Shown here piece after piece: positions 28,001 through 36,743 of a DNA stretch of 64,000 nucleotides. The notes beneath the pieces are model-generated. The model was not told where the DNA came from. It was given only the letters and a program-made list of their open reading frames with translations, and did not search any database. Position 1 is the first letter of the stretch. Every line of letters starts with the position of its first letter. Source of the DNA: a virus. The DNA lies in IMG/VR virus record IMGVR_UViG_3300030101_002520, positions 32,001 to 96,000 of that record; one strand, 5' to 3'. The position numbers and the translations under genes were made by a program.

Positions 28001-30898
28001 GCCACATCAAGTGATACTATTCTAGCTTTAATGGATAAAATATTTAAAAGAAAAAGACAAGAAATATTAGATAGAGTAGAAGAAAGAAATTCAGAAGTAA
28101 GAAAGCTAGCTTCTAAAATAGAAAAACTATCTCCGGGTAGAAAAGCTAATTTTGATTTTATGATTGTGCTTGGTGATGATGGTCAACCAACTGGAACTTA
28201 TGTTAGAAAAATAGGTGACCAGTATTATAAAATGAAAAGACAAAGAACTGACAAACTTAAAAATGCTGATGGTGATCCTTTAGAATATGTAATTAAAGAT
28301 AAACTTACACCTGAAGAAATTGCTTATAATAAAAAGTTATATAAAGATAGACAGGAGTATAGAGATTTTATGAAAGCAGAAAGAGTTATAGATAATAAAT
28401 TAGAGGAAGGGAAGTATCATAAGTATAGTGATGTGTTTAAAAAAGAAAGATTGAAGTTTATGTTTTTTGATGGTCAACAATGGCAAAAAAGAGACAGAGT
28501 ACCATTAAATGAATATCTAGAGTTTAGAACTAAGTATTATAATCCATCTAGTTTTTTTAGACCAGAGTTTGATAAAGATGGATTTTCAGGTTATTTAAAA
28601 GAAAAGAAACAGGGATGGTTTGTTAAGTCTGAATATGTTGAAATTAAAGATGAGAGTTCAGAAGATTCAGGATCAGTAAATCTTTTAGACTCAAAGTATC
28701 AAAAGATTATGAATCCTACAGATGCATTGGGTAGAGCACAAAAAGAGTTCTATGAAATGTATGTTAAGTATTTTGAAGAAGATCTTCTTACAAAACTTCC
28801 TATGCGTGTTGTGCAACAAATGCACGGTAGATTACCATTAATTAAAGATACACAATATCAACAACTTAAAAATGCTCCTAATATGATGTCTGAGTTATGG
28901 GCTAAAGTTAAAGGTGTTCCGCGTGGTATATATGATTTCTTTGCAACTAAAACTCAAAAGTCAAGAGTAGTTTTAACTGATGAGTATGGTAATTTTACAA
29001 GCACACTTCCAATATTCTATACAGGTAGTATTCAAACTCAGCAAGATCTTCAAGAAATATCTGATAAGATAAGAGCTAAAGAGGATGAAATAATTAGAGC
29101 TAATGGTGATACAAGAACAACACAAACTAAAATTGATAAATTAAAACAGCAGCTTGAAGACCTAAAGGGTAAAAAAAGAAGAATGCAAAATAGACCTGAA
29201 GCAAGAGAATTAAGTAGAGATCTTGCTGATAGTTTGATAAGATTTAGTGCAATGGCTGAAAACTATGAGATTATGTCAGGTGTAGAAGATACTCTTAGTT
29301 CATTAATAAAAGTATTGGAAAGAAGAACCTATGATCCAGCAACTGGTGATGATCTTAAAACTTTTAAAGATGGTGTAATGCAAAAGGCTGGTTTGAAAGG
29401 AAACTCAGGTTTAGAAACACCGTTAATTGTTAGGAGAGCAAAGAAGTGGATGAAGATGGTTTTTTATGATGATGATCAGAAAACAGAGAATGTATTTGAA
29501 AAAATATCTAGAGGTTTAATTAGTTATACATCCTTAACATATGTTGGTCTTAACCCTTGGGGTAATTTGAATAACTATGCTATAGGTAGATTAAATAATT
29601 TAGTAGAGACAGCTGGTGGTAGATGGTTTGATAGAAAAGCTGCTGTAAGAGCAACAAAAGAATTTAATCAAAGAATGATACCAGACTTTATGAAAAGAAT
29701 GGGTGGTAGAACTTTTCTTAATGATGCTATAGGTGTAAGTCCAAGTCAATATGAAAAGTATAAACCAGGTAGTAAGTATGAGGCTCTTGTAGAATTATTT
29801 AGAATGATGGATGATAAAGCAGATATACGAGAGCAAAATAAAACTGCTGGTAAAGAAAGTCCATTAAGAAAAGCTATGAGTTGGGGTTATATGTTGCAAG
29901 ATGCTGCTGAGTATAATGTACAAACCAAGCTAGGTATGGCAATACTAATGTCTACTAAAATATTTAAGAGTGCTGACCCAGATGGAAGTAAAAGTGCTAT
30001 ATCTTTATTTGATGCTTATGAGTACAACCAAGAAACAGGCAAACTATCTCTACAAGAAGGGTATGATACAGTTATAGATTTTCAAACAGGCAAGCAACAA
30101 AAGATGTCTGATAAAGCAAGATATGATATTAGACAATACATACGTGAGGTTAACATACATGTACATGGTAACTATGCCTATGAGGATAGAATGGTATTAC
30201 AGTCTAGCGCATTAGGACAACTAGCTGCACAGTTTCATAAATGGATTGCGCCAGCTGTTAAGGCAAGATATAGATCAGAATATTTTGATGAAAATCTAGG
30301 TTGGATAGAAGGTAGGTATAGAACCTTTTGGAATTTTATGTCTTATACGGCTAAGAATATGACAGATATTAGAACAGCAGCTAAAGACTGGAAAGAGTTG
30401 CAGGGAGAGAAAGCAGAAATGAAAGTTAAAAATCTTCATAGAGTTGCAGGTGAGTTAATGTTATTTATGATGACAGTAATGTTAAGACAGATGTTTGCTG
30501 CAATGTGGGATGATACAGATGAAGATAAAAAAGGAACAATGAAAAGATTTCAAAATGCTTTTATGTATCAAATGGATAGACAAAGAAGAGAACTTATTCA
30601 GTTTGTAAATCCTGTAGATGCATTTATGTTAATGAAGTCTCCAATTAGTTCTGTAAGAATGATGAAAGAGATGTCTGAAGCATTAATGACTGGTGTACAA
30701 ACACCTTTTGTTATTGGATCATATAAACTACGTGGTGAAGGAGATGTAGAATTAGATAAAAGAATATATTATCAAAGAGGTGCTAAGAAAGGAGATCTTA
30801 AACTTTACAAAGAATTTTATGACGCATTCCCAGGTCTCTACGCATTAAACAGATGGATGTCATATGACAATGTAAAAAACTTCTGGGTAGGAGAATAA
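25082..30898 (+). CDS. Large ejection protein: degenerate zincin-like domain, LysM, PD-(D/E)xK nuclease domain, long helical C-terminus
   Basis: AIEEVLHPF...ELVTQA (HExxH-like with H to E). YSIKKGDTIASIAKSLGTTIKKIKELNP...LYVP (LysM). IAGTIDLL...IIDIKTS...QVNSY (PD-(D/E)xK). TAATG coupling to the RNAP gene. Confidence 0.75.
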   Translation: MATCFNRNLPAYQTLLEKYDSPMFVDGVINGWQKVNRSELMPTVLEAEDFLKDQKEVGVLDKQNLKQSILTNLGVKGKGLISRFGESYYINNTNKEVRAIKGDVQTLERNKNSVERLLDWWQVTPEAVTITKTDNSYRLDINANLLNMQDVITETSDVTHLQDILQHLTRLFPDVQIQVMSETDAKRMYNSLPQFTSEFQKPIDFKDIKSFYVDGQAILVEGRVTSETAIEEVLHPFVNALYADKSELFRRLKTESERSFPKLAQEIAGAYTKTKGFDNIDRDKELVTQAMARHFKREYEQNPTESFRSKIREFMRWLMDVFRDLSKWVVGKDLVLAPGMIDNANNLTSLSKILNTGDLKFGLDRAIRQDRKVRFSLTPKFQKIYNKVKGKATSQKQITRLDDLYNVSINSQKPIDDFTVSMSKKKNHPLVILNKKTHKYISVENINDPFTSVTTKIGGFSSKSYSIKKGDTIASIAKSLGTTIKKIKELNPIGDNLNTLTKANGQPIKQLYVPQEDFQINMDIGNDFDSIVSAIVLDEGIDSVDLKVVSKEVAEDFYKKMKKDLAVLTRNGGILIPQVVVSDKLNQIAGTIDLLFMDENGALEIIDIKTSKDSLNALVNGKLKYEETYFPVTYGSIFYDPAKSHADQQKFTKEQMQALQVNSYAQILRNQDYDIDSTFTYHVHTPTTGKGINQKYTQKFVIEGIRTQSETADVLIGDPGNNNFASEMMVKDFSDPTANDKLFTLDKKTGENEIEVDESEIDAIAENVTSKMMSTESVLEQITDFRVAMSTRKENYQRVKNQIAFFKDGKDVVQEIDRTLAIIDAGVEDGNVIPLFEEIVKQSIKELDDFIEYVNNPDSYLLDDKYISKVLNYSKMVSTYESLSEVEKAKGLTKAQLQLLEELRGKIYTINGKRDGLGNIIEGKEGLINTAIDNFAKQFIKDNSKRDFTQEDLEDILRWGSDMGMIEYQTGTLATSSDTILALMDKIFKRKRQEILDRVEERNSEVRKLASKIEKLSPGRKANFDFMIVLGDDGQPTGTYVRKIGDQYYKMKRQRTDKLKNADGDPLEYVIKDKLTPEEIAYNKKLYKDRQEYRDFMKAERVIDNKLEEGKYHKYSDVFKKERLKFMFFDGQQWQKRDRVPLNEYLEFRTKYYNPSSFFRPEFDKDGFSGYLKEKKQGWFVKSEYVEIKDESSEDSGSVNLLDSKYQKIMNPTDALGRAQKEFYEMYVKYFEEDLLTKLPMRVVQQMHGRLPLIKDTQYQQLKNAPNMMSELWAKVKGVPRGIYDFFATKTQKSRVVLTDEYGNFTSTLPIFYTGSIQTQQDLQEISDKIRAKEDEIIRANGDTRTTQTKIDKLKQQLEDLKGKKRRMQNRPEARELSRDLADSLIRFSAMAENYEIMSGVEDTLSSLIKVLERRTYDPATGDDLKTFKDGVMQKAGLKGNSGLETPLIVRRAKKWMKMVFYDDDQKTENVFEKISRGLISYTSLTYVGLNPWGNLNNYAIGRLNNLVETAGGRWFDRKAAVRATKEFNQRMIPDFMKRMGGRTFLNDAIGVSPSQYEKYKPGSKYEALVELFRMMDDKADIREQNKTAGKESPLRKAMSWGYMLQDAAEYNVQTKLGMAILMSTKIFKSADPDGSKSAISLFDAYEYNQETGKLSLQEGYDTVIDFQTGKQQKMSDKARYDIRQYIREVNIHVHGNYAYEDRMVLQSSALGQLAAQFHKWIAPAVKARYRSEYFDENLGWIEGRYRTFWNFMSYTAKNMTDIRTAAKDWKELQGEKAEMKVKNLHRVAGELMLFMMTVMLRQMFAAMWDDTDEDKKGTMKRFQNAFMYQMDRQRRELIQFVNPVDAFMLMKSPISSVRMMKEMSEALMTGVQTPFVIGSYKLRGEGDVELDKRIYYQRGAKKGDLKLYKEFYDAFPGLYALNRWMSYDNVKNFWVGE

Positions 30899-30938
30899 TT
30901 AATATTTCCTTAACAGTTACTTAATATTTACTTAATAT
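30898..30938 (+). promoter_or_regulatory. Four direct repeats with 11-bp period (OmpR/PhoB-type binding array, Pho-box-like)
   Basis: ATTAATAT-ttc-CTTAACAG-tta-CTTAATAT-tta-CTTAATAT, with TTAA at 30899, 30910, 30921 and 30932, abutting GTATATTAT at 30946. Confidence 0.55.
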
Positions 30939-30958
30939 TAGAGTTGTATATTATTAGT

Positions 30959-31033
30959 ATGAGAATAAACGTTACTAATTATATATATATAGCAATAATG
31001 ATCACTGCTTTTGCTTTTGGTCTTTTGTTTTAA
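30959..31033 (+). CDS. 24-aa single-TM membrane microprotein (not in ORF track)
   Basis: MRINVTNYIYIAIMITAFAFGLLF*. ATG 5 nt downstream of the GTATATTAT motif. Confidence 0.5.
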   Translation: MRINVTNYIYIAIMITAFAFGLLF

Positions 31034-31154
31034 AAGGACAATGCTTACAACCACTGTTACAACAGTATCCTCTTTCTAAATGGTATGCTGCAGTCATGAC
31101 TGTATTACCATCTTTATCTTTGTAAAAGTATGGACTAAACTCAGTTGACTTCAC
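31002..31154 (-). CDS. DUF5522-like Cys-rich small protein (not in ORF track)
   Basis: GTG start overlapping the RNR stop. MKSTEFSPYFYKDKDGNTVMTAAYHLERGYCCNSGCKHCPFKTKDQKQKQ, with the RGYCCxxGCxHCP signature. Confidence 0.75.
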   Translation of the reverse strand: MKSTEFSPYFYKDKDGNTVMTAAYHLERGYCCNSGCKHCPFKTKDQKQKQ

Positions 31155-33006
31155 AAGCACCACCAGCACACGCCAGCTCTCCCATTAAATTAGTTTCATC
31201 ATCATCTTCTATAACCTTAGAAAGATCTATATCCATTATTGATGTAACCATTGTATTAAACTTATGCTCATCTATATCTTCAAATGGAGCTTGAGTATAA
31301 GTACCACCATCATAAGGTAGTACAGCTAGTCCATTGTAGTGATCTCTATTATTCCACATCCATTCACCTGCATCATTCCAGTCTTCATCCTTTAAACTAA
31401 TAGTAGCAGAAACATTATGACTGTTAGATCCTGTTCTATGTCCAGGTTTTACCCATTCAGTTGCAACTTTTTTTACTCTTTCTAATAATTGAAAAGCAGA
31501 TTCAGTTCTTAATATAGATCCTCCTGGTGCTTTTTGTGGTATACTTATTACAGCAGTATCATGACCACGGAACACACAGTCTTCTACAAGATCAGGGTGG
31601 TTCTTAGCAAGATATCCATATATAGATTCATTTTTACCAACACGTATTCTTCTTACATAATAATCATTATGCCATGCATGAATCCCGGAACTAGTTCCTA
31701 ATGTTAATGATGTTGTACCAGCAGGTTTTACTGTTGTTGTTCTAGCAGCCTTTCTGATACCAATTAAGTTAGCAACACGTGCATTTTCTTTATTTACAAT
31801 TTTTGCTGCAGCTGTCATGTCTATATAGTCAGCAAGAACTTTTTTAGATCCTATACCTGTCATAGATACACCAATTAGTGCATCTTTTTCTGTAGTCTCT
31901 TGCCATACTGGTCTGAGATAGTGGAAGTTAGTATATCCTGCTTGAAGTGTTCCTATAAATGCAGCAGCTTTAACTCTTGCTTCTAAATCTTCTTGAGCTT
32001 CAACATTACTAACATTAACTTCACAAAGGTTGCAGAACTGAAAAGGTCTTAGTGCTATCTCACAACAAGGATTAGTTCCCCAGTCTTTATCATTATTAAA
32101 GTAAATACCAGGCTCACCAGCTTTACTTAGTTCAACTCTTTTCCATAAGTCCATAAAGAAAGACTTAGTTATCTTATGTCTCATAAGCACAGCAGAGTTA
32201 TTTGCTCTACCACGTTGTGGATTTAGTTCCCACCAAGAACCAGCTTTGCAAGCTATCATTTCATTATCATCTGCGCTAAATAAACTAATTAAAGCAGCAC
32301 GTCTAATACCACCAGCCAATACAGCATCAGCTATGTGACAAACAATATCATGCACTTCTAATGTAGATAGTGCATCACCATCTTCTTTATTTTCTAAAAC
32401 TCCTGTTACTTTTAGTATACATTCTTTTAATGGTTGTGGACCAGGTGCTTTACCACCTGATGTTACAAGTCTAGCACCTTTTGGTCTTATGTCTGAATAG
32501 TCAAATACTATACGTGAACTTTTACCATTTAAATAAGATTTCATTAATATCTTAATAGCATCAGCCCATCCTTCAATTGAATCACTAATTAGATAACGTC
32601 TAGTTCTTTTCTTATATGGTTTATTAATTAATGGAAGTTTTTCAACATGGTGCTGTTGAACCGAATAACCTACACCTGTTCCACCAAGCAACAAGAACAT
32701 GGTTTCACTAAATGCATCTACATGATCTATAGGAAGGTATGCACAATTATATATTCTGTTAGGACTTATCTCTATTGGCTTGCCAGCAAACTGCATAGAT
32801 CTCATAGAAGGTAAAATCTTTTTATCATAAACATAAGTATATGCATCTAGTATATCACTCTTTAATTTAGGATATTTTTTAATATGCATTGCCATATTTC
32901 TTGTTACTAATTCTTCCCAAGTTTCTCTACGTTTTAACTCTGGTAAGTATTTTGCATATTTCATATAGACAGTGATATCACTAAGGATCTTGTTATTCAA
33001 TTCCAT
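31141..33006 (-). CDS. nrdJ: Class II (adenosylcobalamin-dependent) ribonucleotide reductase
   Basis: IYNCAY, TNPCCEI, CNLCEVN, TVKPAGT, C-terminal ACAGGAC. No NrdB partner nearby. Confidence 0.92.
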   Translation of the reverse strand: MELNNKILSDITVYMKYAKYLPELKRRETWEELVTRNMAMHIKKYPKLKSDILDAYTYVYDKKILPSMRSMQFAGKPIEISPNRIYNCAYLPIDHVDAFSETMFLLLGGTGVGYSVQQHHVEKLPLINKPYKKRTRRYLISDSIEGWADAIKILMKSYLNGKSSRIVFDYSDIRPKGARLVTSGGKAPGPQPLKECILKVTGVLENKEDGDALSTLEVHDIVCHIADAVLAGGIRRAALISLFSADDNEMIACKAGSWWELNPQRGRANNSAVLMRHKITKSFFMDLWKRVELSKAGEPGIYFNNDKDWGTNPCCEIALRPFQFCNLCEVNVSNVEAQEDLEARVKAAAFIGTLQAGYTNFHYLRPVWQETTEKDALIGVSMTGIGSKKVLADYIDMTAAAKIVNKENARVANLIGIRKAARTTTVKPAGTTSLTLGTSSGIHAWHNDYYVRRIRVGKNESIYGYLAKNHPDLVEDCVFRGHDTAVISIPQKAPGGSILRTESAFQLLERVKKVATEWVKPGHRTGSNSHNVSATISLKDEDWNDAGEWMWNNRDHYNGLAVLPYDGGTYTQAPFEDIDEHKFNTMVTSIMDIDLSKVIEDDDETNLMGELACAGGACEVN

Positions 33007-33076
33007 TTTTTTGTTATTTAATAGTTAATAAATGTAGACACCTGAGATGAACAGGTAATTATAATATAATTAAAAA

Positions 33077-33256
33077 TTATGACTTAGAATGTAAGTATGT
33101 AAAAGAAATAGTAAAAAATAAAAATCCAAAAGATACTATCATTGCAGGTTCCCATTTCTTAACAAACTGTACCTCACATTGTTGTATGTATATTCCTAAT
33201 AAAGGAGATTCTGAAAGCATCTCAATTCCAAAGCTAAATCTTTTCATATTTGTCAT
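33077..33256 (-). CDS. 59-aa hypothetical protein with hydrophobic C-terminus (not in ORF track)
   Basis: MTNMKRFSFGIEMLSESPLLGIYIQ...IVSFGFLFFTISFTYLHSKS*. Fills the gap upstream of nrdJ, with an A-rich leader and a TATATTTG promoter upstream. Confidence 0.6.
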   Translation of the reverse strand: MTNMKRFSFGIEMLSESPLLGIYIQQCEVQFVKKWEPAMIVSFGFLFFTISFTYLHSKS

Positions 33257-33278
33257 TTTTAATTGGTTATATTTTTTT

Positions 33279-33287
33279 GTATATTAT
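33279..33287 (+). promoter_or_regulatory. Putative late promoter motif GTATATTAT
   Basis: TATTTTTTTGTATATTAT, an 18-mer identical to the one at 41301-41318. Confidence 0.65.
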
Positions 33288-33296
33288 AATAGTATA

Positions 33297-33304
33297 CAAA
33301 TATA
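33297..33304 (-). promoter_or_regulatory. Bacteroidota sigma70 -7 element TATATTTG
   Basis: Matches the TAnnTTTG consensus and points toward ORF 33256 and nrdJ. Confidence 0.6.
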
Positions 33305-33319
33305 ATAAAAATAAATACT

Positions 33320-33631
33320 ATGGCAAATTCACCTTCAGGATTAAATTCAGATCCTAAATTTAAAATGATGATTGATGTCCTGAGAGACACAATGATACAA
33401 GGTTATGCTAAACAAGGAGCAACTTTTATTAATGATACAGCTCAACATACAGCAGGATATTATGCAATACAAGGTATAAGTGCTGCAAAGTTAGATGTTA
33501 GTGACTGTGTTTTTGGTTCTGGTATGACAGACTTTGATGCAGATTTTACTATACCAAATGGAGCAATTATATATGGAAACTTTAGTACACTAAGTTTAGA
33601 AAGTGGTTCATGTATAGCTTATAAAAAATAA
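33320..33631 (+). CDS. Small beta-rich putative virion protein
   Basis: 103 aa, C-terminal TIPNGAIIYGNFSTLSLESGSCIAY, paired with the downstream lectin-like protein. Confidence 0.5.
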   Translation: MANSPSGLNSDPKFKMMIDVLRDTMIQGYAKQGATFINDTAQHTAGYYAIQGISAAKLDVSDCVFGSGMTDFDADFTIPNGAIIYGNFSTLSLESGSCIAYKK

Positions 33632-33633
33632 TT

Positions 33634-34581
33634 ATGATTGGTATAGGTACATCAATATCTAAAGGTCAAGTAATTAATGACCCCTCATCAATATCTGACT
33701 TAGTTGTTTGGTATAATTTTACTGATGTAAGCAGCTTGCGTAAAAATAGAGATGGAACTACTGCTGTAACTACTAACAATGATGTTGTTCATTGGGCACA
33801 AAACCTTGCAAACGGTGATGCAAATGGAATACTAGGAAATTTTATACGCTCAGAGGCAGATGGTTCTCAATATGGTGGTATATTTAAAACTGGTGGAATA
33901 AATGGTCAATCTTATTTACAATTTGCAGAAACTGATTCAGATAACTCACATGGGTTAAGATCTGGTTTTATAGCTGCTGATGCTACAGATGATGGTGGTG
34001 TTGCCTCTGATAAATTTAGTGATGTAAGTTTTAACGTATCTGATCTTACAATTATTCAGGTTTTAAAACATGATGATACTGTTATAGAAGAAGATGATAA
34101 TGCTTTTTTTATACAAGGTTATCCTGCAGTTGGTGGAGATACTAACAGTTTTCAATATGCTGGCTCTAAGAGTCAGTCTACTGAAAAATTTGCTCTAGGA
34201 TATGTAGTTTCTGCTGGAGGAATTGATTTTGAAAGTAATGTAACAAATGATACTCTTGATGCAAGTATACATGCAATGGTTATGAGATCTACACCAGGAG
34301 CAAATAATATGACACTACAAGTTGACGGAGTTGTACAAACAGATACAGATACACCAGATGATAGAACAATGAAATTTGATAGATCAACTGGAGTAACTAC
34401 TAATTTAGCTGGAGCTGCTCTGTTAAGTATAGGTGGTAATTTTACAGGTGGTGCTAATCTAACAAAGTCTTGGAGAGGTGCTATATATGAAACTATAATA
34501 TATAGTAGATTTATAACTGATGAAGAATTAGCAAGTTTAGAGGTGTATTTTGCAGGTAAATATGGAATAACCTTCAGTTAA
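33634..34581 (+). CDS. LamG/concanavalin-A-like putative receptor-binding virion protein
   Basis: MIGIGTSI start, VWYNFTD, LQVDGV, SIGG...WRGAIYETIIYSRFITDEE...YFAGKYGI (LamG-like C-terminal pattern). Confidence 0.65.
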   Translation: MIGIGTSISKGQVINDPSSISDLVVWYNFTDVSSLRKNRDGTTAVTTNNDVVHWAQNLANGDANGILGNFIRSEADGSQYGGIFKTGGINGQSYLQFAETDSDNSHGLRSGFIAADATDDGGVASDKFSDVSFNVSDLTIIQVLKHDDTVIEEDDNAFFIQGYPAVGGDTNSFQYAGSKSQSTEKFALGYVVSAGGIDFESNVTNDTLDASIHAMVMRSTPGANNMTLQVDGVVQTDTDTPDDRTMKFDRSTGVTTNLAGAALLSIGGNFTGGANLTKSWRGAIYETIIYSRFITDEELASLEVYFAGKYGITFS

Positions 34582-34603
34582 TTTTAAAAATCATAAAAAA
34601 TTA

Positions 34604-34612
34604 GTATATTAT
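34604..34612 (+). promoter_or_regulatory. Putative late promoter motif GTATATTAT
   Basis: Intergenic, 18 nt upstream of the ATG at 34631. Confidence 0.6.
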
Positions 34613-34630
34613 AATATAAAGTAATTTATA

Positions 34631-34867
34631 ATGGCAAGTAAAAAAGATATGGAAATGATGGCTGCGAACATGTTTCGTAAGCAACAAGAAGAGTCAATTA
34701 TAGGTACTATTATGGATGAAATGGCAACTGAAAATATACAGTTAAAAAATGCTATTCAACAAATGCAACTCAAAACCTCAAAAGAAAACTTAATAAACCA
34801 AGGTAGAACTAAACCTATAGATCTTAGTGTAAGAAGATCAGGTAAGAGAAAAGGAGGAACAATATAA
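34631..34867 (+). CDS. Small coiled-coil protein ending in RKGGTI
   Basis: 78-aa ORF with a basic GG tail. Confidence 0.55.
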   Translation: MASKKDMEMMAANMFRKQQEESIIGTIMDEMATENIQLKNAIQQMQLKTSKENLINQGRTKPIDLSVRRSGKRKGGTI

Positions 34868-34880
34868 ATAAATATTTAAT

Positions 34881-35288
34881 ATGGCAACTACTACAGCACA
34901 GTTAAAATTAGATAGTGCAGCTGGAAGTTTATTAACTTCTGTATTGGCTATTGATGATACAGCAACACTAACTAAATTAGGAACAGCAACTGGTTTAGAA
35001 AAAACTACCGGTTTAGCTAGGCAAACATTTGCAGCAGCAACTGAAACTCAGTTAATAAACGCTGCTAATTATACAGCAGCTAAAGGACATAAACTGTATA
35101 TAAAAAATACGGATACTTCAGGTACTGATACTGTAAAATTGACATCAGGAACAATAGGTGATGTAAAGTCAATAGGCTATCTAGATCCAGATGATTGGGC
35201 TTTTATACCTTTTGGAGGAGAAAATGATATAAATGTAATATGTACATCTGCAACAACTGTAGTTGAATGGATGTTAATTTTTGAATAA
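34881..35288 (+). CDS. Small beta-sandwich putative virion protein, paralog 1
   Basis: MATTTAQLKL..LYIKN..LDPDDWAFIPF..VEWMLIFE, a pattern shared with 35307, 35709 and 36863. Confidence 0.6.
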   Translation: MATTTAQLKLDSAAGSLLTSVLAIDDTATLTKLGTATGLEKTTGLARQTFAAATETQLINAANYTAAKGHKLYIKNTDTSGTDTVKLTSGTIGDVKSIGYLDPDDWAFIPFGGENDINVICTSATTVVEWMLIFE

Positions 35289-35306
35289 TAAATAAAAAAA
35301 TAAGAT

Positions 35307-35684
35307 ATGGCAACTTTAACCGCGCAAACTAAATTAACAGTATCAGATATAGTAGCTGATGCTATTGCATTAGATGTATCAATGACTCCTACTGTATTAG
35401 CAGGAGGTATTACAAGTAAAACTTTAACATCTGCAAGAGCAACAGGTTCTGCTTTAACTATTGTAGAAGCAACTCACTATAGTGCAGGTACTATAATTTA
35501 TTTAAGAAATATGAGTAGTACAGAAACTATAGATGTAGAATTAACGTCAGGTACAACGCATATTCAATTAAGTCCTTTACAGTTTGCATTGTTTCCTTGG
35601 GAAGCAGCAACTGATATAGAAGTATATTCAACTAATGGAAGTGAAGTTCCTCAGTTAGAAGTAGGGATATTCTCTGCAGCATAA
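35307..35684 (+). CDS. Small beta-sandwich putative virion protein, paralog 2
   Basis: MATLTAQTKL..IYLRN..LSPLQFALFPWEAA..LEVGIFSAA. Confidence 0.6.
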   Translation: MATLTAQTKLTVSDIVADAIALDVSMTPTVLAGGITSKTLTSARATGSALTIVEATHYSAGTIIYLRNMSSTETIDVELTSGTTHIQLSPLQFALFPWEAATDIEVYSTNGSEVPQLEVGIFSAA

Positions 35685-35708
35685 TAATAATTAATAAAAA
35701 GTAATAAT

Positions 35709-36092
35709 ATGGCAACTTTAACAAGTCAAGTAAAATTAGATATTTCAGGAGTAACTTCTGATCCTATTTCAATAGATAAGAGTTTTTCATATACTGCATT
35801 ATCTGGAGGTGTAACTAGTAGATCTATTGATGCTACAGCTCATGGTTCTGCAGAGAAAATTTTAGAATCTAGTGAGTATTCAACAGGATGTGTTGTTTAT
35901 GTAAGAAATAGAGAAGCTGCAGGAGGTAAATCAATAACAATTATGTTATCAGCAGCAGCAAATGGAGAAATAGTATTACAAGGTCAGCAGTGGGCAGTAT
36001 TTCCTTGGCCAGCTGCAGTAGATGTATTAGCCTTTGCTTCATCTGCTACTCCAGGACCTATATTAGAAGTAGGAATATTTTCAGCAGCATAG
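35709..36092 (+). CDS. Small beta-sandwich putative virion protein, paralog 3
   Basis: MATLTSQVKL..VYVRN..LQGQQWAVFPWPAA..LEVGIFSAA, with a C-terminus identical to paralog 2. Confidence 0.6.
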   Translation: MATLTSQVKLDISGVTSDPISIDKSFSYTALSGGVTSRSIDATAHGSAEKILESSEYSTGCVVYVRNREAAGGKSITIMLSAAANGEIVLQGQQWAVFPWPAAVDVLAFASSATPGPILEVGIFSAA

Positions 36093-36095
36093 GTT

Positions 36096-36380
36096 ATGGC
36101 AAAAGAATTATCAGAAGATTCAAAGTTTGAAATAAGTCTAAAGACACTTGGTGGTATAGGTTTTCTAATTACTACACTTGTAAGTATGTGGTTTGTATTA
36201 CAAGCAGATATTGCTGAAGCTAAAGAACTTCCTGTACCCCCTCCGCCTGATGTTACTAGGATGGAGTTTCAGATGAAAGATGAAAACATAAGACTATCAA
36301 TAAAGAACACAGAAGAGAATGTAAAGAAATTGGAGGATAGACTTATAAGGATAGAGGATAAAATAGATGACATGAAATGA
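36096..36380 (+). CDS. Single-TM membrane protein with Pro linker and C-terminal coiled coil
   Basis: TM LGGIGFLITTLVSMWFVL, PVPPPP, heptad-like tail. ATGA overlap with the thioredoxin-like gene. Confidence 0.65.
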   Translation: MAKELSEDSKFEISLKTLGGIGFLITTLVSMWFVLQADIAEAKELPVPPPPDVTRMEFQMKDENIRLSIKNTEENVKKLEDRLIRIEDKIDDMK

Positions 36381-36742
36381 AATGGATAGTTTTAATATGC
36401 CTATTATTTTCTTATATATGTAGTGGGCAAGAAGTGCTGACTGATAAAACATTTAGTGATAGTCAAGAAGGTGTAACAGTTGTAGAATTTTGGGCAGATT
36501 GGAATGCAAAAAATGAATGTGCATGGTTACAAGATTTAGAAGATGCAGAAGTATATAGAATAGATCTTAATACAAATGCTGCTAAAGAAAATAAAATAAC
36601 AGTTTTACCTACTGTTATAGTTTTTGATGATGGAGAAGAGGTTGAAAGGTTTGAAGGAGATATTTCTTTTAGTCTTTGTCCAGAAAAAACACCTAAAAAG
36701 GTACAAAAAGAGATTAATGAATTAGTATTAAATAAATTTTAA
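36377..36742 (+). CDS. Secreted thioredoxin-fold protein lacking CxxC
   Basis: Signal peptide ending SG|Q. VVEFWADWN (WCxxC degenerate), ITVLPTVIVFDDGEEVERFEG (cis-Pro loop). Confidence 0.8.
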   Translation: MKWIVLICLLFSYICSGQEVLTDKTFSDSQEGVTVVEFWADWNAKNECAWLQDLEDAEVYRIDLNTNAAKENKITVLPTVIVFDDGEEVERFEGDISFSLCPEKTPKKVQKEINELVLNKF

Positions 36743-36743
36743 T

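Noticed and set aside
30959-31154. Type I toxin-antitoxin reading of the 24-aa peptide and its antisense overlap
   Set aside because: The opposite strand is a protein-coding mRNA 3' end, not a discrete antisense RNA with its own promoter and terminator.
36096-36742. i-spanin/o-spanin pair
   Set aside because: The second gene has an SPI-type signal with +1 Gln and a thioredoxin fold rather than a lipobox and Pro-rich o-spanin.
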